Source of the DNA: an uncultured Gemmatimonadales bacterium
GTDB taxonomy: Bacteria; Gemmatimonadota; Gemmatimonadetes; Gemmatimonadales; Gemmatimonadaceae
DNA: 64,000 nucleotides
Assembly (NCBI GenBank): GCA_963793305.1
Contig: CAWBZV010000011.1
Span: forward strand, 77,511 to 141,510
Reading direction: 5' to 3'
In this document: in pieces, positions 53,496 through 61,268 of the stretch
Layout: the number at the start of each line of letters is the position of its first letter
How positions within the stretch are numbered: position 1 is the stretch's first letter
Position numbers and translations under genes: made by a program
The notes under the pieces: model-generated
The model's database searches: none
Seen by the model: the letters and a program-made list of their open reading frames with translations, nothing else
Told to the model about the DNA's origin: nothing

Positions 53496-53599
53496 CGGAT
53501 CACGGTGCTCATCCAGGCGTCCGCGCGGTAGTCGCGTTCGGCCACGGTGGCGCGTACGTGCCCGTCGGCGCCGATCGCGGGATACGTGGTGTTCGAGCG

Positions 53600-53803
53600 C
53601 TAATGGCGTTTCCCTGTGGCGCCAGACCACCTCGCCTCCTTCTGCCGTGACGGGCGGTTGCGCTCGGCCGCCTTCTCCTGAGTCGCCGTGTACTCTGATT
53701 TGCGCTGCGCGATCACGGTGAGTACGGCTCTTCGCAAAAGGCGCCGGCTCACTGAAGTGCGACCGTGCGGAATTAGAACGGTACGAAATGGACGCTTGGC
53801 CAT
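53600..53803 (-). CDS. Small basic hypothetical protein, 67 aa
   Basis: GGAG RBS; shares R.AVL.V.A.R motif with neighbour. Confidence 0.45.
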   Translation of the reverse strand: MAKRPFRTVLIPHGRTSVSRRLLRRAVLTVIAQRKSEYTATQEKAAERNRPSRQKEARWSGATGKRH

Positions 53804-53944
53804 GCATGGCTCCGAGTGACGTTTCGCAACGTAGAAGGCGCCCGAGGTGTCGCCAACGTCAACTCTCCACCGGTATCACCCTGGCGAATCCCGTCTCTCG
53901 CGCCTCGCCGTGCTCGTGCCATTTTGCGAGCGAACGCTTGAGGC

Positions 53945-54214
53945 TTAGCGCGCTCGCTTCGTGACGCCCGCCCGCCTCTTGGCGGCCGCGCGCTTAGCGA
54001 AGAGCACTTTCTTTTGCTGTGCGCAGGACTGCGACCCAAAATGTCCCAAACAGCGTTCCCAGAGCTCCGTTCGCCTGGCAGGCGTCAACGATCGCAGCCA
54101 GGCTGCGGCATCGATTGGTTTGCCTCCGCGGTTCGCCATCACGGAGAGCACCGCTTCTCGCGCCATGCTGGGTGTGATGATCGATCGCGCCGCATTCGTT
54201 GACTTCTGTGCCAT
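53945..54214 (-). CDS. Small basic hypothetical protein, 89 aa
   Basis: Strong GAGGAGG RBS upstream of ATG 54214. Confidence 0.55.
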   Translation of the reverse strand: MAQKSTNAARSIITPSMAREAVLSVMANRGGKPIDAAAWLRSLTPARRTELWERCLGHFGSQSCAQQKKVLFAKRAAAKRRAGVTKRAR

Positions 54215-54343
54215 AGGTGTCCTCCTCTGCATTGAAATATCGCGCAACTCACATGTCACACGACGGGCAGTTTTTCACCGTCGCATCTCGCCACTGCACA
54301 TCCGGATGCGCGTTGCGTCGACGATGTCGTGACCGGCGCAAGC

Positions 54344-54679
54344 ATGATGACGTCTTCCTCCTCGAAGGAGGTCGCCTTGCAGCATTCCGGCACCAGGTAT
54401 CTCAAGGTCGGGATTGGGTTGGGCTTAGTGGGGGCTCTGGCCTACTACCTGCGGTGGCTCATCCGATCGGCCCCCATCCCCATCACTCTGTCCGACGCCC
54501 TTGTCCTGGCGCTCGCCATGAGCATTCCGGGGGCGGGCATGTACGTCCGATTCCTCGCTGCGCAACGCCACGCAGCACAGAGATCCGCGGAACGTATCCC
54601 CGAGAAACCATGGGTCCTCTGGCTAGCCTTCGCACTGGGGGTCTTGGCAGCCGCCTTACGCTGCCACCTAGCGCATTGA
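54344..54679 (+). CDS. Hypothetical membrane protein (3 TM)
   Basis: Three hydrophobic segments. Confidence 0.45.
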   Translation: MMTSSSSKEVALQHSGTRYLKVGIGLGLVGALAYYLRWLIRSAPIPITLSDALVLALAMSIPGAGMYVRFLAAQRHAAQRSAERIPEKPWVLWLAFALGVLAAALRCHLAH

Positions 54680-54718
54680 CGCAGTCGCGTCTCTCGGCGT
54701 GCCAATGATTCTCTGGAA

Positions 54719-54761
54719 GTGCCCCCGGGGTGACTCGAACACCCGGCCAACGGTTTAGGAA
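54719..54761 (-). tRNA. 3' half of tRNA-Arg(CCT): att-site remnant, not an intact tRNA
   Basis: Minus strand TTCCTAA ACCG TTGGCC GGGTG TTCGAGT CACCC CGGGGGC A C; no D-arm or 5' acceptor strand upstream. Confidence 0.88.
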
Positions 54762-54836
54762 TCGGCTACTACCCCCCACACTCCTGACTTAACCTCGCTC
54801 GCTGCGTGCCAACTCGGAATAGAATCGAATAGGGTC

Positions 54837-54875
54837 GCACGGAATAGCACACGGAATGACACACCGAATGGCACG
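54837..54875. repeat. Tandem ~12-bp repeats near att (candidate integrase arm/Xis sites)
   Basis: GCACGGAATA GCACACGGAATG ACACACCGAATG GCACG. Confidence 0.6.
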
Positions 54876-55049
54876 CCTAGTCGCGTCGCGTGCCCAGGGT
54901 CGCGGGGGGTATCGGTGGCGCTGCCTAACGTTCAGTACGTGCGTGCCATCGATAGTTACCTGTCAATTCCTGTCAAGTCTGATAGGTGTACTTTTGTCTC
55001 CCCTGACTCCTATCAGCAAGTAGGACTCAACCCGTAACCTTCGACGCCC

Positions 55050-55736
55050 ATGAAGAACTGTCCGTACTGTGCCGAGCAGGTTCAGGACGCTGCCCTTGTT
55101 TGCAAGCATTGCGGCAAGAAACTCGCTAGCAGGGCCGTCGCGGGCCCGAAGCCCGGTCGATACGCCCGCGTCGCTACGTTGGCCGTCGTGGCAGGCGTGG
55201 TTTTGATCGGCGCCGGTTGGGCGTATCAGCAAGCGCAGGCATCGAAGCATGATCAAGAGATCGCGGACAGCGTGACTGTTCAGGCTCAACGTGCTCGGCG
55301 CGCAGCGGACAGCGCTCGTGCCGCGCAACGTGCCACTCAGAGAGCAGCAGACAGCGTCCGTGCGGTAACGCCTCGGGTTTTAGCGCTGATCGACGAGACC
55401 AAGAGTCTCAACGCTGGTCAATACCAAATGGCGGGCGCCGTAGTTGGGGCCGGGCGTCAGACCTGTAGGATGGTGGGGAAGCTGGCGGCAGCGGCTGCCG
55501 GCTCAGATTTCACCGCGTACGTGTTCACCGATCAACAGCTCATCAACTGGCAAGCAAACACATCGTCGGACGCGGTGTGGGCGAGCGGGAAAGTCACATC
55601 GGCCGGACTAGATCTAGCGTTGCCGGGACCGGGCAAGTACACGCTCGTGGTCTCCAACAAGAGCGCGATCCTGTTCGCGCACCAAGTCCAAATGCAGGCG
55701 CGGCTCGTGTGCGTCGGACAGTGGCCACCGACATGA
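55050..55736 (+). CDS. Zinc-ribbon + single TM + coiled coil + extracytoplasmic beta domain protein
   Basis: CPYCAE..CKHCG, TM VVAGVVLIGAGW, PGKYTLVVSN. Confidence 0.75.
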   Translation: MKNCPYCAEQVQDAALVCKHCGKKLASRAVAGPKPGRYARVATLAVVAGVVLIGAGWAYQQAQASKHDQEIADSVTVQAQRARRAADSARAAQRATQRAADSVRAVTPRVLALIDETKSLNAGQYQMAGAVVGAGRQTCRMVGKLAAAAAGSDFTAYVFTDQQLINWQANTSSDAVWASGKVTSAGLDLALPGPGKYTLVVSNKSAILFAHQVQMQARLVCVGQWPPT

Positions 55737-55774
55737 TTCTGTGTCGATGGCATCGTCCGTTCATGTTCTCGTCT

Positions 55775-56020
55775 CTACGGGTGGAACCCTGTCCCTAGCA
55801 GCATGTGGCGCCCGCAGCGTGGACACCCGTACCACCCGAACAAGCGACCGTGCATACACAGCACGTGCTCCTGGCTGTGCGGCACCTCGCGACGGCACTT
55901 GCATACCGTGTCACCGAGGATCGTGTGACCGCAGCGCGGACATTCACGTGCCAGGTCAACGTCAGTGAACGCGTCGGTGTGGTCGAGGACGATCGCGTGC
56001 GCGACGCGGTCGAGGATCAT
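55775..56020 (-). CDS. Small Cys-rich hypothetical protein, 81 aa
   Basis: CPRC, CKC, CMH, CPRC; ATGA coupling to upstream lipoprotein. Confidence 0.55.
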   Translation of the reverse strand: MILDRVAHAIVLDHTDAFTDVDLARECPRCGHTILGDTVCKCRREVPHSQEHVLCMHGRLFGWYGCPRCGRHMLLGTGFHP

Positions 56021-56409
56021 CGCCTCGCCCCCAGGATGACGGCGCAGTAGGCGTCCACGAGCGGTCGCAGGTTCTGCGCGCCGGTCTCGTCGGTCAGCAT
56101 GCCAGTGCGACAGTTGACCGTCACGGTGCGCGTCCACGTGTTGCCGGTCGCTGGGTTGGTCGACTCGCCGCGTACCAGCACACGATAAGAGTCCGCGTCA
56201 CCCGCTGGTCGGATGCTGTTCACGTCCAAAGCGTACAGCGAGTCGGTATGCGTCCGAGCACCAGGAAAGGTCGGCACCCACAGGTGCGGCGGCGCATCGG
56301 GCTTCGGTGTGCAGGCCAGCAGCACGACACCGAGCGCGAGGCATGACGACAGGTCGGTCACGGTGACCACAAGAGTACCATCAGACCTGAGAGCAATGCC
56401 ACCGCCCAA
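56017..56409 (-). CDS. Hypothetical lipoprotein (start uncertain)
   Basis: LGVVLLA-C lipobox; DVNSIR..VNCRT..C pattern. Confidence 0.55.
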   Translation of the reverse strand: MGGGIALRSDGTLVVTVTDLSSCLALGVVLLACTPKPDAPPHLWVPTFPGARTHTDSLYALDVNSIRPAGDADSYRVLVRGESTNPATGNTWTRTVTVNCRTGMLTDETGAQNLRPLVDAYCAVILGARR

Positions 56410-56508
56410 ACAACTCTGCTAATTAGCTGCCAGCGAGTTAGCGGTCGACGATCTCGCTACCGTGCTGTAGCATCGCCGCCAGTGCCGCGACAACCTGACC
56501 TGGCCGGC

Positions 56509-56745
56509 ATGGCCGACGCGCTGCGGGCGCTCCGTGAGTCTAAGGGCTGGTCGCAGGAGAAGTTAGCGATCGAGGCCGACATGCATCGGACGATGGTCGG
56601 CGCCTACGAGCGGGCGGAACGCAAGTTGTACCTGTCGGCCGCCAAACAGCTATTGCGTGCAATGGGTTACACTTGGACGGAGTTCGGTCACGAGCTCGAC
56701 AAGCACGACGCGATCAAGCCGTTGCGGCGAGGACGCAGGCGCTAA
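56509..56745 (+). CDS. XRE-family HTH regulator
   Basis: LRALRESKGWSQEKLAIEADMHRTMVGAYERAER. Confidence 0.9.
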   Translation: MADALRALRESKGWSQEKLAIEADMHRTMVGAYERAERKLYLSAAKQLLRAMGYTWTEFGHELDKHDAIKPLRRGRRR

Positions 56746-56926
56746 CCCGCACTCTTTGTGCGACGTGACACCACAGGCGAAATGACGGGTCGCCGCGAGG
56801 GTCGATAGGGCACAATCCTGACATCGGCCAACTCGGCGGTTTGTTTTTCGATACGTGCGCCGTATGTTCTCGGGCCGTGCGCTACCCACTAACGGGTGCG
56901 CACTCCTCGATGGTCGAGTGCTGCAC

Positions 56927-58423
56927 ATGCAGATCACACGGGAAGATGGCGCGTTCGTCTGCTCTGGCCCTGGACGCCACGCGTGGGGTACCGTAGATGA
57001 CGCCGAACGTTGTTGTAGCGGGTATCGGCGCGTCGCCACGTATGAGACGCTGGCGAACGGCGTGGTACACGTCGTCTTCTCGTGGCAGGTCGAGGACACC
57101 CACTCACCGAGACCCGTCGTGACCGACACTCCGCCGCCGCAACGCGTTGACCCGAACCAGCCCGTTCGTCACCTCGCTTTTTTTCGAGACGCGAGCGAGT
57201 TCAAGGAAGGCTCGACAGAGTACGCGACGTTGACGGCTGTCTTGCTCGTGCTGCGACTGCTGGATCGATGGGTGACGCGGGCGAGCATGGGGCGCGAGGT
57301 CCAGTTTCAGGAGTTCATCGCCGTCAAGCGCACGGTCGAGTTGTTGGAGGAAGGGCCGTATCAACGTGTGCTCGGTGAGTTGGTCAACACGATCAGTGCG
57401 TTCGCCTACGGCACGAGCGACAACCGCATCCCCAAGTTGATCGTGCTTGCGCAGCTGCTGGAACATGACGCGCACTGGGCACCAGCGGCCGACGTGTATG
57501 CGACCGCGGTTGAGTTGATCGCGCCGCGACCGCGTGACCACGACCTCTTGCCCATGTGTTACGATCGGCAAGGTTACTGCCTTCGGCAAACCGGGCAGCA
57601 TGACGGCGTGGCGAACCTGTACAATGAGGGAATCGCGGCGGCGCTCGACCTCGAGGCGAAGGCAACCAACGAGGACGAGAAGCAGGCGGCGACTGGTTGG
57701 GCGCTGCGCCTTCGGATCTCCAATGCGGTCTTCGAGATGGAGTCGGGCAACCTGCCGGACGCCGAGTACGAGTTGGACGTGATCGTCGACGACGCGAAGA
57801 AGGCCGCGATCCCCGACCTCATCGCTCGGGCGCTTCACGAGCGCGGCCAGGTTGCTTACGAGCGGGACCAAGACGACCAAGCCGCGATGTACTTCTACCA
57901 AGCAGCCGAGTTACACACTGACACGCGCTTGGCACGGCGAGCGGAACTCGACCTAGCCGTTGCGTTGGCTGACCTCGGGTTCATCGAGTACGCACACGTC
58001 GTCTGTGAGATCGTGCGCAACCGACCCGAGACGGCCGGCGTGGACTGGAAGGCACTGGCGGGGATCAATCTCATGCGGCTCGCACACATGCGCGGTGACC
58101 AACCGGACTTCGACCGCCTGCGCGAGCAACTGAGTGCAGAGAAGATGTCGGGTCGTCTGCGCGCCTACTTCCACCTCACGGCCGGGCAGGCGCTGCAGCG
58201 GTTCGGTCGGATCAGGGAGAGTCGCGTCGAGTACCAGCACGCGATCGAGGTAGCGCAGGCGTTCCGCGTCAACAGGTTGGTCATGAAGGCCGAGCAGTTG
58301 TTGAAGATGACCGAGCCAGAGGTGCAGAAGCCGCGACGGTCGCCGCGTGAGAGCACGCTGGTGACGCCGATCCTCGCCGCGATCGACGCGAGGCGCGGGC
58401 CCTTCGCGGGAGCAGCGACGTAA
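56927..58423 (+). CDS. TPR-like helical-repeat protein, no signal peptide (start uncertain: 56855, 56927 or 57119)
   Basis: Repeats such as ARALHERGQVAYERDQDDQAAMYFYQA, ELDLAVALADLGFIEYA, AGQALQRFGRIRESRVEYQHAIEVA. Confidence 0.8.
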   Translation: MQITREDGAFVCSGPGRHAWGTVDDAERCCSGYRRVATYETLANGVVHVVFSWQVEDTHSPRPVVTDTPPPQRVDPNQPVRHLAFFRDASEFKEGSTEYATLTAVLLVLRLLDRWVTRASMGREVQFQEFIAVKRTVELLEEGPYQRVLGELVNTISAFAYGTSDNRIPKLIVLAQLLEHDAHWAPAADVYATAVELIAPRPRDHDLLPMCYDRQGYCLRQTGQHDGVANLYNEGIAAALDLEAKATNEDEKQAATGWALRLRISNAVFEMESGNLPDAEYELDVIVDDAKKAAIPDLIARALHERGQVAYERDQDDQAAMYFYQAAELHTDTRLARRAELDLAVALADLGFIEYAHVVCEIVRNRPETAGVDWKALAGINLMRLAHMRGDQPDFDRLREQLSAEKMSGRLRAYFHLTAGQALQRFGRIRESRVEYQHAIEVAQAFRVNRLVMKAEQLLKMTEPEVQKPRRSPRESTLVTPILAAIDARRGPFAGAAT

Positions 58424-58450
58424 GGCCACTCCCGCGAGTGGTCACGCAGG

Positions 58451-58585
58451 TCAGCAGGTGCCTGTGCCACCGGTCACGCCACCGCCGCAGTCATGACTTG
58501 CTGCTGGAGCGGTCGGCGAGGTGCACGCGGCCATGGTCGCGAGAGCGCCGAGCACCAGGGCGAGACGAGCGATCGTGCGGGACAT
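58451..58585 (-). CDS. 44-aa lipopeptide precursor MSRTIARLALVLGALATMAA|CTSPTAPAASHDCGGGVTGGTGTC
   Basis: Manual translation; perfect GGAGGT RBS (58593-58598); basic N-region, hydrophobic H-region, MAA-C lipobox; convergent with TPR gene. Confidence 0.8.
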   Translation of the reverse strand: MSRTIARLALVLGALATMAACTSPTAPAASHDCGGGVTGGTGTC

Positions 58586-59022
58586 AAAAGCCACCTCCGT
58601 TGAGTGTTGGTTTCTCCCCGTCATTCGCGGGGAACCTCAACGGTTGGGTTCATGGTTGGCCTGCGCCATATGGACACAGTGCCTGTTACGGCAAGTGCGC
58701 CTGTACTGGCTGATTATCGCCTGTGAGAGCATGACGCAGTCGCGTATGCGTTGCCGCGCCGTCCTGCTGACTCGCGGCGTGGACACGTCTACAGCATACG
58801 GTTGAGGACCAACGATGCCGGCGGAGAGAAAAGCGGGCGGGGCGCTACGGCTGCATCCGGTGCTGCATTGGGTGTGTCAACATTGCGGCCGTAGATGGAA
58901 CCTCACGACCATGCTTTGCGTCTGCGCGTCTAAGCGATGAGGGGCGCCCGTAATAGCGCACTTGCCCGCACTAACATGACCCCCAAAATTCTGAACACCT
59001 TCGCATTGGAGCAGGTGGTACT

Positions 59023-59346
59023 ATGCACGAGCAATTCAAGCGGCTGGACGGAGAGATCCAAGAGTGGATGGGAAAGCGCAATTGGGGTGTGACCGCGACG
59101 CACTACGATTTCGACCGAGACGTGCTGGCGTGGCGGCACGCGGGGTCCAATGAGTCGTCGACGACGCTAAGGGTGTCGCGGGTAGTGATGGAAGACTGGG
59201 ATAGTGGGGCCGTCGGGGTAGTGAACGCCTACTTTGTGGCAGTAGGTCTCGACGGCCTGCTCAGGGTCACCGGCAACGTTCTGATTTACAAGGAACAAGG
59301 GACGGCGTCGATAAAGGCGGTCATTGACAGGTACGAGCTGCCGTGA
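59023..59346 (+). CDS. Hypothetical protein, 107 aa
   Basis: ORF with GGAG/AGGT upstream; globular composition. Confidence 0.55.
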   Translation: MHEQFKRLDGEIQEWMGKRNWGVTATHYDFDRDVLAWRHAGSNESSTTLRVSRVVMEDWDSGAVGVVNAYFVAVGLDGLLRVTGNVLIYKEQGTASIKAVIDRYELP

Positions 59347-59646
59347 GCCCGCCCGCAGAGAATCGACCCGCCACACTACTGAGAAAGCAGCGTCGGGGCT
59401 ACCGGCGCCTGACCGCTCGCAGTGCAGATCGCCGCAGGCATGAGAGCGAAGACCCCCTCCTCGACGCGCCTCCCCCGGCGCCCCCCCTCCCCCCAATATA
59501 TCGGACCATAGTCCTCTGTCGCCCTTTCGACTCTGATTTGCGCTCGGGTTTTCGTTGGGGTTTTGGCTGGGGTTCGAGCGTGAAAACGCTATCTTGAGGA
59601 CCATGGTCCGTCATTCCACGATTTTGATTGCGACGCTCGGGCACCA

Positions 59647-59907
59647 ATGCAGTTAAATGTGAGTGACCTGGGCACCCAGGCTGGTCGTCGCCGGCTACTG
59701 ACGCGCTGCATCAAAGAGTCAGGCATGTCGCAGCGCGACTTTGCAATCTCGGTTTTGGTTCGCGATGCGCGCACTCTCCGGCGATGGCTCACTGGTGAGC
59801 GTCCAGTGCCCAAACTTGTCGCCTACTGCTTGGCCGGCCTTGAGAGCCTAGAGGGCGGCATTCGCGGCGCCCTTCGACGTGGGCAGCGCGTGACGGTTCG
59901 CTTCTAA
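59647..59907 (+). CDS. Cro-like HTH protein
   Basis: SGMSQRDFAISVLVRDARTLRRWLTGERPVP. Confidence 0.75.
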   Translation: MQLNVSDLGTQAGRRRLLTRCIKESGMSQRDFAISVLVRDARTLRRWLTGERPVPKLVAYCLAGLESLEGGIRGALRRGQRVTVRF

Positions 59908-59915
59908 CTGGTCGA

Positions 59916-60236
59916 ATGGCTTATCCGCGCGTTGATAAGATCGAGGCGCAATGGCTTGGGCGCCGTGGCGTGGGTGGCGCGCGTTTTTTTCGTCACCAGC
60001 TCGGTCGCGTGTGGACCATGGACGTGTCGCCAAGCGGTCACGTGACGCTCTCAGAGGCCGCTATTCTCCTGGGTCGACACGAGGACACGGTACGCGGCTG
60101 GATTGAGAGCGGCACCGTTCTGCCACATCACGTCTACCCCTACGTCGGCGAGGATGGCACCCAAACAACGGTGCTCACCGTCGCTGTCGTCCGCGAGATC
60201 TATCGCCGGCTATACGGGCAATATCCTAACCAGTAG
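59916..60236 (+). CDS. HTH_17/Xis-like DNA-binding protein
   Basis: VTLSEAAILLGRHEDTVRGWIESG. Confidence 0.7.
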   Translation: MAYPRVDKIEAQWLGRRGVGGARFFRHQLGRVWTMDVSPSGHVTLSEAAILLGRHEDTVRGWIESGTVLPHHVYPYVGEDGTQTTVLTVAVVREIYRRLYGQYPNQ

Positions 60237-60286
60237 TTGAGTTCGCTTCCGGCGATCCTGGCTGGGGCGCGACTTGCTTTTCCCTA

Positions 60287-60688
60287 GTGATGTGCCGAGA
60301 TTGCGCGGCAATGACAGGTACCGCGCGAGTCTCTGGTCGTCTCTTCGTGCTCCGCGAGCGCGACGCTGCGGGCCTTCGTGTTGAGCGGCATCTAACGCTC
60401 TACAGCTACACGACTCTGGCTCGTGCTGCGCGAGCAATCGGCATCTCAAAAGCGAGCGCCTTTCGATTCGCGGCTGAAGGGCTGCTGTCGAAGCGGCGCG
60501 TGCGTTCGACGCGCGTTCGCGTCGTTCGGATACTAGACCTTGTGCATGCGGCGCGCGTGCACGGGATCGCGATCCATTTCACGCGCCACACCACCGCAAA
60601 GGAGATCGACGTATGCCAAAGTCGAACAAAGAACTGCGAGAGGAAAACTCTGAACTCACGGAGGCGCTTGAGACCGCCCACGAAGTGA
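60287..60688 (+). CDS. Possible HTH DNA-binding protein
   Basis: TTLARAARAIGISKASAFRFAAEGLL; 3' end overlaps next ORF. Confidence 0.5.
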   Translation: MMCRDCAAMTGTARVSGRLFVLRERDAAGLRVERHLTLYSYTTLARAARAIGISKASAFRFAAEGLLSKRRVRSTRVRVVRILDLVHAARVHGIAIHFTRHTTAKEIDVCQSRTKNCERKTLNSRRRLRPPTK

Positions 60689-60756
60689 TCAGCGACGCTT
60701 TATACCCGGACGCAGGCGCCGACAATGGGGACGGCGATGAGGATGAAGAGGAATGA
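60613..60756 (+). CDS. Small acidic protein, 47 aa (MPKSNKELREENSELTEALETAHEVISDALYPDAGADNGDGDEDEEE)
   Basis: AAGGAG RBS; manual translation, below ORF-track cutoff. Confidence 0.7.
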   Translation: MPKSNKELREENSELTEALETAHEVISDALYPDAGADNGDGDEDEEE

Positions 60757-61268
60757 CCCCAAATGCGAACCGCCCGCAATGTGATCGGCGGGGATCACGC
60801 GGGCGGTGCGCTGGCCTTAGTCACCTTAATGTGCGATCGGTGTTACGAGCACCGAGTCGTTTGAGGAGGATGTGTGGCTTTCTCCGCAGTGACTTATCGG
60901 AAAGTTGTGGACTCTGGGAGGCGAACGCAAGCCGCAACGAGAAGGCGCCGCCGGCCGCGCCGTGTAATCGTCCGGGTGGTGTCGCGCCGCGTTCCCGTCT
61001 ACGTGATGAGGGCAGACCCTCTAGAGGTCGGTCGACACCGGCGACGGGTTCAAGTGCGTACCCGCCGATATTGCATCCGGCGCCGTAACCGTTCGACTGG
61101 CACTCGCGCACGCAGGCAGGCGCGCACCGCACGGCGATGTGTTTGTCGCGTAGCACGGCGGCCGTCACGGTCTCAACGTTCGACATCCGACCGCTGCGAC
61201 GGCGGCGATGGTGATCGCCGAAAGGATTACTCCAGCACTTTAGCCTCGAAGTGCGCGAGGTGCCGGCC

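Noticed and set aside
54719..54800. Intact tRNA-Arg gene
   Set aside because: No 5' acceptor strand or D-arm, anticodon stem unpaired; only the 3' half is present.
54677..58745. 14-bp repeat TGACGCAGTCGCGT at 54677 and 58732
   Set aside because: Matches of this length are expected by chance in 64 kb of GC-rich DNA, and no boundary logic supports it.
58521..58805. 94-aa plus-strand ORF from the track
   Set aside because: No RBS or recognisable features; it overlaps the better-supported minus-strand lipopeptide gene and its leader.
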